This document shows positions 10,155 to 19,575 of a stretch of DNA of 64,000 bases, piece after piece; positions within the stretch are counted from its first letter, which is position 1, and each line of letters begins with the position of its first letter. A program made the position numbers and the translations under genes. A model generated the notes under the pieces. It saw only the letters and a program-made list of their open reading frames with translations. It had not been told where the DNA came from and made no database searches. This DNA is from Candidatus Daviesbacteria bacterium (GTDB lineage: Bacteria; Patescibacteriota; Microgenomatia; Daviesbacterales; UBA10151): assembly GCA_028687915.1 (NCBI GenBank), contig JAQTZF010000001.1:482634-546633 (forward strand), in the 5' to 3' direction.

Positions 10155-10162
10155 ATTTGTCT

Positions 10163-11257
10163 ATGAAAAAAATTATTTTAGTTGTTGGTGCGCGACCTAA
10201 TTTTATGAAGGCAGCACCTCTCTATCGCCACCTTAGAAAACAAAATAATTTAAACGTCATTCTTCTCCATACAGGCCAACACTATGACTATGAAATGTCA
10301 CAAATATTTTTTGAAGATTTAGATTTACCCAAACCAGACTACTTTTTAGATGTACAATCAGGCTCGCATGCAAAGCAAACAGCTAAAATTATGGTTAAGT
10401 TTGAAAAGGTTTTGTTAAAGGAAAAACCAGATATGGTGGTAGTATTTGGAGATGTTAATTCAACGGTTGCTTGTAGTTTAACTGCTAAGAAAATGCAAAT
10501 AGTAATCGCACATGTTGAAGCAGGTTTGAGAAGCTATGATGAAACTATGCCGGAAGAGATTAATCGACGCGTAACTGATAGTATTTCAGATCTACTGCTT
10601 ACACCTTCAGAAGATGCTAACGTAAATCTTTTGAAGGAAGGTGTGGATAAGGAGAAAATATTTTTAGTAGGTAATATTATGATTGATTCTTTAGTGGTGG
10701 TTATAAATAAGATAAAAGATGAGACTAAAATCTTAAAAAAACTTAAATTAGAAGCAAAGGAATATTGTTTAGTTACAATACACAGACCTTCAAATGTTGA
10801 TAATGAAGAAATATTAGCTGAGATTGTGAGTAAGCTTAATGAGGTTAGTGAAAAAATACCTGTTGTTTTTCCTGTTCATCCTAGGACAAGAAAACACTTA
10901 CAAGACTGGAAGATTAAAATTGGCAGTAAAATTTTACTAACTTCTCCTTTAGGATATAGAGATTTTACATGTTTAGAAAGAAACTCTAGATTAGTCATTA
11001 CGGATTCAGGCGGAATTCAAGAGGAGACGACTTTTTTAAATATTCCTTGTTTAACACTTCGCCCTAATACTGAAAGACCTATTACAATCCAAATGGGAAC
11101 AAATAAGTTGGTAACTGAAAAAAGTTTATTAAATGAGGTTGAATTTGTCTTAAACAATAATAACAAAAAGGGGAAGATACCTGCTTTATGGGATGGAAAA
11201 ACAGCATTAAGAATTTCTGAAATATTAATTCAAAAGCTTTTAGTTAATCAAACATGA
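10163..11257 (+). CDS. wecB: UDP-N-acetylglucosamine 2-epimerase (non-hydrolysing)
   Basis: KIILVVGARPNFMKAAPL, HTGQHYDYEMSQ, HVEAGLRSYD, PEEINRRVTD. The ATG at 10163 follows a TTG at 10157. Confidence 0.85.
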   Translation: MKKIILVVGARPNFMKAAPLYRHLRKQNNLNVILLHTGQHYDYEMSQIFFEDLDLPKPDYFLDVQSGSHAKQTAKIMVKFEKVLLKEKPDMVVVFGDVNSTVACSLTAKKMQIVIAHVEAGLRSYDETMPEEINRRVTDSISDLLLTPSEDANVNLLKEGVDKEKIFLVGNIMIDSLVVVINKIKDETKILKKLKLEAKEYCLVTIHRPSNVDNEEILAEIVSKLNEVSEKIPVVFPVHPRTRKHLQDWKIKIGSKILLTSPLGYRDFTCLERNSRLVITDSGGIQEETTFLNIPCLTLRPNTERPITIQMGTNKLVTEKSLLNEVEFVLNNNNKKGKIPALWDGKTALRISEILIQKLLVNQT

Positions 11258-12420
11258 AAATTCTTATTGTAATTGATTACTATCAACCGGTACTGGGTTA
11301 TAGTGATAGCTTTTTAGCTAGTAATTTCAAAAAAATGGGTCATGAAGTTAAGGTATTAACATCAAACTTTTATTTTCCATTTCCGAATTATGATAGCACC
11401 GTTAAAAAAGTTTTAGGTAGTAGGCAATTATCAGCAGGTGTTGAAATATATGACGGAATAGAAATTACTCGTCAAAAAATGATCAAAGAAGTATTTGCCA
11501 GAGCGATTTTTTCCGGACACACAGAATTTCTTAAAGCTTATCAGCCAGATTTGGTATTAGTAAATAAAGCAGCTAGTTATAACGCTGTTAGACTGTGTCA
11601 GTTGAAAAAAAACTTTAACTATAAATTATATTGTTATGATAGCCATCTTCCTTCTGAACTAGAAAGGGAGAATGTTCTTTTAAAAAAGATTGTTTATTTT
11701 ATTTTCAGGTTTTTCTTTGCAGAACTTATTAATTCTAAGATAGATAAGTTTATTGCTGTTCAGGAAAAGACAGAAGATGTAATGAAAAAGTATTATGGTG
11801 TTAAGAAAAATATTGTTGTTATACCCTTGGGAACTGATATAGAAAGATTTAAGTATAGTGTTGATGAAAGATTGAATATAAGAAAAAAATACAAAATAAA
11901 GAATGATGATTTTGTAATTATTTATACAGGCAAAGTAATTGAATCTAAAGGTGTAAAGATTCTTTTTGAAGCATTTAATTATCTTTGTAAAGATATATTA
12001 AATATAAAGTTATTTATTGTGGGTGAAGGTAGCAAGGAGTATGTAGATAGTTGTTTATCAAGATTAGATAAACAATATCATAATCAAGTTATTTGGGTAG
12101 AATTTCAACGCCCTGAAAACTTATTTAAATTTTATTCATCCGCCGACATTGGTGTTTGGCCATTACAAGAATCTACAAGTATGAATGATGCTGCGGCAAA
12201 TTCTTTGCCATTTATTGCAAATGACACTATCGGTGATAAAACTAGGATTGGGAATAAGAATGCTTTGCTATATAAAAAAGGTAACAGTAAAGAGCTAGCA
12301 AAGAAGATTAAATATCTCTATAATAATGCAGAGATGAGAAAAGTTATGGCTAAAAGAGGAAGGGAGCTTGCAGAAAAAAAATTGTCTTGGAAAAATACAG
12401 CTGCAAAGTTCTTAGAGTAA
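11254..12420 (+). CDS. glycosyltransferase family 4-like
   Basis: N-terminal MKILIVIDYYQPVLGY; C-terminal Glycos_transf_1-like region. Confidence 0.55.
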   Translation: MKILIVIDYYQPVLGYSDSFLASNFKKMGHEVKVLTSNFYFPFPNYDSTVKKVLGSRQLSAGVEIYDGIEITRQKMIKEVFARAIFSGHTEFLKAYQPDLVLVNKAASYNAVRLCQLKKNFNYKLYCYDSHLPSELERENVLLKKIVYFIFRFFFAELINSKIDKFIAVQEKTEDVMKKYYGVKKNIVVIPLGTDIERFKYSVDERLNIRKKYKIKNDDFVIIYTGKVIESKGVKILFEAFNYLCKDILNIKLFIVGEGSKEYVDSCLSRLDKQYHNQVIWVEFQRPENLFKFYSSADIGVWPLQESTSMNDAAANSLPFIANDTIGDKTRIGNKNALLYKKGNSKELAKKIKYLYNNAEMRKVMAKRGRELAEKKLSWKNTAAKFLE

Positions 12421-12422
12421 TC

Positions 12423-13592
12423 ATGCTTCGTTTATTATTGCCAAAATCTATTTTAATATGTCTTCGTGATTCTTTAGGTATCCTTCATCCAGAACATGCA
12501 AATGAAGAGCACATTAAAGCAAGTTTAGAATGGTTAAAATTTGCGCAGGATAAAAGTACTGATGGAGGAGTTTCTGCATGGTATTCTTTATCTACAGAAT
12601 GGATGCCTTCTTACATAGAAACAACCGGTTATATAATTAGTACATTCTTACAGTGTTCAAAGTACTTCAATGATCAAGACCTTAAAAAGAGGGCAATTAA
12701 AATGGGGGATTTTCTAATCGATATGCAAAATAAAGATGGTAGTTTTCGAAGACAGGTATTGTCAGTTACAAACGACACAGAACCCATAATCTTTGACACA
12801 GGACAAGATATATTGGGGCTAACAGATTTATACCAACAAACAAAAACTAAAAAATACCTTACGTCCGCAGTTAAGGCAGCAGACTTTTTATGCTCTGTTC
12901 AAGAAAAAGATGGGAGTTGGATAAAGTTTGAATATGGGGGAAAGCCCAGAAGCTATGAAACCAGAACAGCGTGGGCTTTATTAAAAGTATATAAACTAAC
13001 AAATAAAATAAAATATAAAAACTTTGGAGTAAAGAACTTAGATTGGTCTGGTAAAAATCAATTAACAAATGGATGGATTAAATATAACGAGTTGCCTTTC
13101 CCAAACCCATCACAGCCCCTTGTGCACACAATTTCTTATGCAATAGAGGGATTTTTGTGGTCAGGTATATTATTAAATGATAAGAAGTATATTAAGATTG
13201 CTCAAAAATCTGCTGATCAAATTTTGAATTACTTAAATAATAATAATTATATTCCCGGAACATTTAATAAGAACTGGAAATCCAGTGATCGCTATACCTG
13301 TTTGACAGGGAATGCACAAATTTCATTAGTTTGGTTAGAGCTATATAAGATTACTAAAAACATAAAATATTTAGAGGCATCTAAAAAAGTCAATTCTTAT
13401 TTAAAAAGAACACAGGATATTTCTACAAATGATTTAAATATAAGAGGAGGGCTTAAAGGCAGCTTTCCAATCTATGGAGATATTTTAAAATTTAGTGGTT
13501 ATTGTAGGATGGCATATTTAAATTGGGCTGTAAAATTTTTTATAGATTCATTGATAGCAGAGAATATGATAAAAAAAGAAAAGCAATTATGA
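12423..13592 (+). CDS. alpha/alpha-toroid protein with prenyltransferase/squalene-cyclase-type repeats
   Basis: Three spaced repeats LxxxQxxDG(G/S)(W/F): LKFAQDKSTDGGVSAW, LIDMQNKDGSFRRQ, LCSVQEKDGSWIKF. Start ATG at 12423 (the track TTG at 12387 overlaps the upstream gene). Confidence 0.45.
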   Translation: MLRLLLPKSILICLRDSLGILHPEHANEEHIKASLEWLKFAQDKSTDGGVSAWYSLSTEWMPSYIETTGYIISTFLQCSKYFNDQDLKKRAIKMGDFLIDMQNKDGSFRRQVLSVTNDTEPIIFDTGQDILGLTDLYQQTKTKKYLTSAVKAADFLCSVQEKDGSWIKFEYGGKPRSYETRTAWALLKVYKLTNKIKYKNFGVKNLDWSGKNQLTNGWIKYNELPFPNPSQPLVHTISYAIEGFLWSGILLNDKKYIKIAQKSADQILNYLNNNNYIPGTFNKNWKSSDRYTCLTGNAQISLVWLELYKITKNIKYLEASKKVNSYLKRTQDISTNDLNIRGGLKGSFPIYGDILKFSGYCRMAYLNWAVKFFIDSLIAENMIKKEKQL

Positions 13593-14473
13593 ACTATTTA
13601 CTGTCATTTCAAAAGGTTCTAAATCATCCAAATAATAAAGGAGCTGCTATGATCACCCTTGGGCGCCTTTTATTATGGAAGCTTAACCAACTCACCTTAC
13701 GCAGGCCTGTAATCGTTAACTTGACGCAAGAGATGAAATGTATATGTCATCCTGATAGTTCATTTGGAAGCTTAATTATTTATACTAAGTTTCCTGAATA
13801 TGAAGAGATGAAATTTTTCTATGACTTCATTAAAAAGGATGATGTATTTGTGGATGTTGGAGCAAATATTGGAGCATATTCATTACTTGCTTCTTCAAAG
13901 ATTAAAAAGGGTAAGATATTTGCTTTTGAACCATCAAAGAAAGCTGCATTATATTTAAGGGAAAATATTAAATTGAATCATCTTGAAAATCTTGTGACTG
14001 TTATTGAAAGCGTGGTATCTGATAAGGATGGATTTGAGAAGTTTACTGTAGGAAGACATTCGGAAGTAGATAGAATTAAGAGTCCAGAAACATCAACCCA
14101 AAGTGTAAGGACAATTGCTTCAACTACACTTGATAAATTCTTAAAATCCAAGAGAATTACATACATAGATATGGTAAAGATAGACGTAGAAGGTGCAGAA
14201 TTAAAAATCCTAAAAGGATTAAAATCGTATTTAAAGAATAGTTCTGTGGGAAGTATATTATTTGAGGTAAATTTAAATTGTAAAGATTACGGTTCTACGA
14301 TAGATGAACTATTTAATTTTTTAGAAGACAAAGGGTTTATAATTTATAGTATTTTAGAAAATAATAAAATCGTAAAGCTAAAGAGAGATCAATTCGATCA
14401 CAATAATACGGTGAATGCTCTAGCAGTCAGTAAATCTAGAAAAGCTCAAGGTAGAATAAAAAGATTCTTATAA
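13589..14473 (+). CDS. FkbM-family SAM-dependent methyltransferase
   Basis: VDVGANIGAYS and IDMVKIDVEGAELKIL. ATGA overlap at 13589. Confidence 0.65.
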   Translation: MNYLLSFQKVLNHPNNKGAAMITLGRLLLWKLNQLTLRRPVIVNLTQEMKCICHPDSSFGSLIIYTKFPEYEEMKFFYDFIKKDDVFVDVGANIGAYSLLASSKIKKGKIFAFEPSKKAALYLRENIKLNHLENLVTVIESVVSDKDGFEKFTVGRHSEVDRIKSPETSTQSVRTIASTTLDKFLKSKRITYIDMVKIDVEGAELKILKGLKSYLKNSSVGSILFEVNLNCKDYGSTIDELFNFLEDKGFIIYSILENNKIVKLKRDQFDHNNTVNALAVSKSRKAQGRIKRFL

Positions 14474-14484
14474 ATTAATACATT

Positions 14485-15195
14485 ATGCATCCAACCTACA
14501 AATACATCCTTTCGCTACTAAACTTGCAAAAAGCAGAAGATAATTCAGTTAAGGTTGTTGATTACGGGTGTGGCAATGGACTATTACTGAGTTACTTAGT
14601 GAAACGAAAAATTAAAGAATATATAGGCTTTGATATTAATAAAGAAAGTATTTTAGAAGCAAAAAGAAAATATCATAATAAAAATATTTCTTTTTTGTTA
14701 CTGAGTCGTAATAAAAAAATGTTTGAAAGAATGAAATCAGTTGACCTACTTGTTCTGATTGGAGTATTGCAATACCTATCAGAAGAAGAGATAGATTGGT
14801 TGTTATTAAGTTCACAAAAGATACTCAAAAAGAAAGGGCGCATTATTATAAGTTGTACTCCTGATAATTGGCCTTATCGGTTATTTAATTTATATAGAAT
14901 TATATTGCCAAATAAATTTATCAATAAGGATCTGTTTATTGATAAAGCTAAAAAGAATGGCTTTGAAGTGTCTGCTTGTACCCAAAAAGGTTTGCTCCTG
15001 GCACCGCTTTTTTCAAATATTATAGTCATTTTTTTTGACTTTATGGATAAGTTAGTTTTTAAGACAAAGGGTAAGCTTGGTCCAGTAGGAATAGTTTCTA
15101 GAAAAGTAATCAATCCTTTACTTATGCTTGAATATTTATTACCTATTAATTATGGGTATACTATGTTTGTTGAATTACAAAAGAATGAAAAATAA
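14485..15195 (+). CDS. class I SAM-dependent methyltransferase
   Basis: Motif I VVDYGCGNGLLLSYL. Confidence 0.6.
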   Translation: MHPTYKYILSLLNLQKAEDNSVKVVDYGCGNGLLLSYLVKRKIKEYIGFDINKESILEAKRKYHNKNISFLLLSRNKKMFERMKSVDLLVLIGVLQYLSEEEIDWLLLSSQKILKKKGRIIISCTPDNWPYRLFNLYRIILPNKFINKDLFIDKAKKNGFEVSACTQKGLLLAPLFSNIIVIFFDFMDKLVFKTKGKLGPVGIVSRKVINPLLMLEYLLPINYGYTMFVELQKNEK

Positions 15196-16450
15196 ATTAT
15201 CAGTTGTGTTAATTTGTGATCATATACAGCGTGAATTAGCTTCATTAAAAATGTTGCGTGAACAAATGCTTTCGGAAAACCTATCAGTTTCAATCATTGG
15301 CAGTTTGGCGGAGGTTAAGCGAATGTATTATCAATTATATCGCCTTAAGCCAGATATTGTTTTCATATCACAAATTCAAGAAAAGATTACTCGTGATATG
15401 GCTAGATATGTAAAGGACTGTGGGGCAATAGTTTGTGTATTACCGGCAGAACTATCATATTCAAGGGCGAACCTCTTTTGGCTTTATAATCAGAGGCTTA
15501 CGTATAATGAATTGGTTGATTACTATTTTTTGCCAGGCGAACAATTTCTGAATGATATATTGGAATTTACAGATATTGATAGAAGAAAGATGGTTGTTGT
15601 GGGTTCTCCAAAAATGGACTTATTAATTTCAAAGTATAAAAAATCATTCTTGAGCAGGGAAGAATTTTGTACTAAATATAAAATACCGTTGGGGAAAAAA
15701 AATATTTTTATCTATACAACATTCGCAGCTAGTACCATAGACTATATTAAAAAAGAAGCAGCCTTTAAAGGTAACGTTAAAGCTACTTTAAGAATCTATC
15801 GTTGTATAAGTGAAACTAAAAAAATTTTCTTAAAGGATATAAATAGAATTTGTATTGATAATCCAGAGTGTAATATTATTATTAAGCCACATCCACTTGA
15901 GGATACGTCAGAGTACCTAAAAATTAAGCACAGTAATTATTATGTTGTTCAAAACGAACTGTTTAATAACACTGTTAGCAGTATAGACTTAGCAATACAT
16001 TGGAACTCTACGGTTGCCACTGAATGTTGGATACAAAGAAAAAAGACTATTCAATATGCACCAATTAGTAAATATTCTGACCTGTTAAGCGAATTTAACC
16101 AATGTAACCCAGTATTTGAAAATTATAAAGAATTAGACTGTGGTATAAAAAAATACTTAGGATGTAATATTGATGCAAAATATCTGAGGTCTCAAAAGGA
16201 TTACTTGAAACTGTGGTATTATCGACTTGATGGTAAAGCAATGAACAGGATATTAAATATCTTAGTAAAAAATATTAAGCCTAACAAATCAAAGCATTAC
16301 TTTAAAAATTATCCATTCTCCTTTAAAGTATATTCTTATGTAGAAAGCCTGTTAGGATTGTCGATTGCCAGGTGGTTAGTTAAACTTGTTAAGAGAGATT
16401 TTCAGCGACAGTATGCACTGGAAAACTATATTCTAGAGGAGGCCAAATGA
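15185..16450 (+). CDS. TagB/TagF/KpsS-like GT-B transferase (candidate nonulosonic-acid or glycerophosphate transferase)
   Basis: VVVGSPKMD (GxPRxD-like) and IIIKPHPLE (HP motif of Glyphos_transf/capsule-synthesis families). Lies immediately upstream of the CMP-NulO synthetase. Confidence 0.4.
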   Translation: MKNKLSVVLICDHIQRELASLKMLREQMLSENLSVSIIGSLAEVKRMYYQLYRLKPDIVFISQIQEKITRDMARYVKDCGAIVCVLPAELSYSRANLFWLYNQRLTYNELVDYYFLPGEQFLNDILEFTDIDRRKMVVVGSPKMDLLISKYKKSFLSREEFCTKYKIPLGKKNIFIYTTFAASTIDYIKKEAAFKGNVKATLRIYRCISETKKIFLKDINRICIDNPECNIIIKPHPLEDTSEYLKIKHSNYYVVQNELFNNTVSSIDLAIHWNSTVATECWIQRKKTIQYAPISKYSDLLSEFNQCNPVFENYKELDCGIKKYLGCNIDAKYLRSQKDYLKLWYYRLDGKAMNRILNILVKNIKPNKSKHYFKNYPFSFKVYSYVESLLGLSIARWLVKLVKRDFQRQYALENYILEEAK

Positions 16451-17247
16451 CAAAGAAAATAGACGAAAGAATTGCATACTGGGAGAATAATTATGTTAGT
16501 TATTGGAAAGATAGAGTTAGTAGTGCATCAGAAAATAAACTTGTTAAAAAGGACATATTGCCTCCAGATATAAAAATATTTCGTAAATATTACAAAAAAG
16601 CTTTAACTTATCTTCGTAATGATTCTTCTAGAATGCTTGATGTTGGAATAGGGTTTGGTAGGTCTGTACCGCTTTATCAAGATTATTTTAAGAACAATAT
16701 CTGGGGAAGTGATATTTCTCAGGGAATGATTGAAGAATGTAAAAAATCTTATCCGCATATTGCTAATCAAGTGGTGGCAGCTTCGGCTGAAAAGCAGCCT
16801 TTTAAGAATAACTTTGTTGATCTGATTGTTTGTTGGGCAACATTTGATGCAACTTATCAAGAAAAAGTATTATGGGAATTTCAAAGACTGTTGGATATTA
16901 ATGGTGTGGTATTAGTAACTGGTAAAAATAATAATTATTGTTTAAATGATAAGAAGGCTTTGGCTGCAGAAATTGGAGCAAGAAATAAGAATCACCCAAA
17001 TTACTTTACAGATATAAAGATTTTAAGGGAAAACATTGAAGATTTTGGTTTTGTAATAAAAGAACTTATTTGTTTTAAAAGACGAGGAGATTTTGCAAAA
17101 GATAATTATAGTAAGAAAGATTCACAAAAGTTTTATGAATATGTATTAATACTTCAGAAAATAAAAGATACAGAAGAAAAGAATTTAAAATTTAAGATTG
17201 CTGATGAGTTTAGCCAAAGTTTTAAAAATAAATATGTACAAAAATAA
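16447..17247 (+). CDS. class I SAM-dependent methyltransferase
   Basis: LDVGIGFGRSV motif I; DLIVCWATF. Confidence 0.55.
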   Translation: MTKKIDERIAYWENNYVSYWKDRVSSASENKLVKKDILPPDIKIFRKYYKKALTYLRNDSSRMLDVGIGFGRSVPLYQDYFKNNIWGSDISQGMIEECKKSYPHIANQVVAASAEKQPFKNNFVDLIVCWATFDATYQEKVLWEFQRLLDINGVVLVTGKNNNYCLNDKKALAAEIGARNKNHPNYFTDIKILRENIEDFGFVIKELICFKRRGDFAKDNYSKKDSQKFYEYVLILQKIKDTEEKNLKFKIADEFSQSFKNKYVQK

Positions 17248-17959
17248 GAAAATTGTTCTAACTATCTGTGCAAGAGGTGGATCGAAAGGATATCCTGGAA
17301 AAAATATTAAATCTATTTTTAGGAAGCCCCTTTTAGCATATTCAATTGAACAAGCTAAAGCTTTAGACTGGGTAGATCGGATAGTTGTTTCAACTGATGA
17401 TCCAAAAATAAAAAAAGTAGCTGAAAAATGGGGAGTTGAGGTTCCTTTTTTAAGACCACCGGAATTAGCTACGGATACAGTATCAAAAATCCCTGTTTTT
17501 CTTCATGCTATACAAGAAGCTGAGAAACACTGGAATGAAAAATATGATATTTGGGTAGACTTAGATGTTACCAGCCCACTACGTTTTTCTGAAGATATTG
17601 AACAAGCAGTTAGATTATTATTTACCCCTGAAACTATATCTGTAATTACTGCAATGGAATCTCATCATAATCCCTACTATAATATGTTAGAGAAGGATAA
17701 TAAAGGGTATATATCTTTATCGAAAAAGCATTCACAATCTGTTGTTAGGAGGCAGGATGCACCCAAAGTATATGCAATGAATGGGAGTATATATGTAATG
17801 TGGTGTGATGAGCTAGTAAAAAGAAAGACTTTTTTTACTGAAAAAACACAATTGTATGTTATGCCTCCTGAGAGATCATTTGATATTGATAATGCAGTAG
17901 ATTTTGAAATAGTTAAGCTATATTTAAAACAAAGAATAAAGTCTTGTGAAACTATATAG
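17234..17959 (+). CDS. neuA: CMP-nonulosonic acid synthetase (acylneuraminate cytidylyltransferase family; NeuA/LegF-like)
   Basis: KKIVLTICARGGSKGYPGKNIKSIFRKPLLAYSIEQA (CTP_transf_3 signature). ATG at 17234. Confidence 0.8.
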   Translation: MYKNKKIVLTICARGGSKGYPGKNIKSIFRKPLLAYSIEQAKALDWVDRIVVSTDDPKIKKVAEKWGVEVPFLRPPELATDTVSKIPVFLHAIQEAEKHWNEKYDIWVDLDVTSPLRFSEDIEQAVRLLFTPETISVITAMESHHNPYYNMLEKDNKGYISLSKKHSQSVVRRQDAPKVYAMNGSIYVMWCDELVKRKTFFTEKTQLYVMPPERSFDIDNAVDFEIVKLYLKQRIKSCETI

Positions 17960-19565
17960 CTGATTTTTTTTGCTTCTTTGAGTAATAATCATCTACCATT
18001 TTCTCTACTATTTTAATTTTTTGTTCTAATGTTTCACCACGTTCATAATCTTTTTTTGTAACTAGTTTACCCAGCCTGTGTTTACCCCGGCAAGCATAAA
18101 GTATATCAAGAGGTGTATTATCAGCTTTTTTGCCGTTAATATCTGTTGTAAAAACTCCTGCTGCATTCCATAAGGTCATTGAAGACCAGTCGTCTAAATT
18201 TCCTGTCCATTTCAATATCCCTTGTTCGATTAGAATGGCTAATTGAGTATTAGGGAGGGGTGTACAAATAGAGATCATGGCATAGACAGCACCTTTTTTC
18301 TCAAGCTTTTGAATATATTTTAATGTTTCCAGTGTTTGTTTTGGAGTTTCACCGGGTAATCCCACCATATTTAATAACTTAACCTCAATCCCTGCTTTGG
18401 CCATTGCTTCTGTTGCGTCTTCAATTGTTTGATTAGAAATTCTTTTTCCAATAGCCTGATATCGAAGTTCCTCATTGCCTGTTTCTGGAGCAATATGTAA
18501 TTGCCGGCACCCTGCCTTATAAATTAATTCTAGTAAATTCATCTTTGATCCTTGGTAAGTTACTGTATGTTTGGCTGCTCTAACAACCAAGTTAGCTCTT
18601 GTAATTGCTGTCCAGATACAACCTTTAAGATTCTTATTTTTTAAGATTCTTCGAGCAGTTTCCTCAACAACATCAAGAGAAACCAGGTAAAGGTCATCAG
18701 TTAAATAGAAATCAACAACACCCAGTCGCCTTAAATATTCCATGTGTTCAATTATTCTTTTTGGTGTAAGCCCTCTCCACATATGGCCAGATACTTCTTG
18801 ATCACAAAAAAAACAGGCATTAGGACAACCGCGTGAAGTAAGCATTGCTAATTGGAATTCGCCTTTTTGTGGCGTAAACTCAGAAAGATGATAGCGCGTT
18901 AAGTCTCCAAGTAATTCGTATTCAGGAATAGGTAGCTTATTAATATCTTCAATTCTATCAGCATGTGTTGGCCAATCCACTTTTGAGGAGGGTTTATTCC
19001 CTAAAAGTAACCTGGTATAACCACGTACAGTATCTTTTAAATAATGAAGTTTTCCTTTATTGTCTTTAAAGACAATTCCGGGAACTTTCTTTAAGAATTC
19101 CTGATTATCCCAGTTTTTAATTAGAATTGGTGTAACAAGCTCGCCTTCACCAACCACCTCATAAGAAAAAATATCACCGTACTTTTCCATTGTTCGAATT
19201 GGTACTGCACTTGGGTGGGGACCACCTAAGAATTGACGATATTTAGATGATTTGGACTTTAATTTAGCTGCGATTCTTGCTGTTTTATCAATAGTGGTAA
19301 TCCATCCAGCCCAACCCACAAAGCCTCCATTAGGCATTAATTCCTGAATTTTGGCTACAGTTTCCTCCTCTGTTAATAGCTCTTTATCTGCATCCAGTAC
19401 AGCTACATCATAACCTTCTTTCTTTAAATATGTAGCAACACATAAAATACCAACAGAAGGAATACTGAATGCGCCACCTCTGGATTTTAGTTCTGGTATA
19501 TCTCTTTCCGCAAATGAATTTGGAGCTACTAGCAATATTTCAGGGGTTGTTGTTTTTTGGACCAT
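17952..19565 (-). CDS. B12-binding domain radical SAM enzyme (class B rSAM-like)
   Basis: N-terminal Rossmann-like B12-binding region, then SRGCPNACFFCDQ (Cx3Cx2C), then a ~130 aa C-terminal extension. Paralog of 28059..29741. Confidence 0.7.
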   Translation of the reverse strand: MVQKTTTPEILLVAPNSFAERDIPELKSRGGAFSIPSVGILCVATYLKKEGYDVAVLDADKELLTEEETVAKIQELMPNGGFVGWAGWITTIDKTARIAAKLKSKSSKYRQFLGGPHPSAVPIRTMEKYGDIFSYEVVGEGELVTPILIKNWDNQEFLKKVPGIVFKDNKGKLHYLKDTVRGYTRLLLGNKPSSKVDWPTHADRIEDINKLPIPEYELLGDLTRYHLSEFTPQKGEFQLAMLTSRGCPNACFFCDQEVSGHMWRGLTPKRIIEHMEYLRRLGVVDFYLTDDLYLVSLDVVEETARRILKNKNLKGCIWTAITRANLVVRAAKHTVTYQGSKMNLLELIYKAGCRQLHIAPETGNEELRYQAIGKRISNQTIEDATEAMAKAGIEVKLLNMVGLPGETPKQTLETLKYIQKLEKKGAVYAMISICTPLPNTQLAILIEQGILKWTGNLDDWSSMTLWNAAGVFTTDINGKKADNTPLDILYACRGKHRLGKLVTKKDYERGETLEQKIKIVEKMVDDYYSKKQKKSAI

Positions 19566-19575
19566 AACTTCGAAA

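Noticed and set aside
12423-19565. Idea that the SHC-like repeat protein plus B12-rSAM indicate hopanoid (HpnP-like) methylation
   Set aside because: The toroid protein is only about 390 aa, a single domain lacking the squalene-cyclase DxDD/QW two-domain architecture. It is embedded between GT and methyltransferase genes with ATGA coupling. No squalene or hopanoid synthesis genes are present, so a glycan role is more parsimonious.
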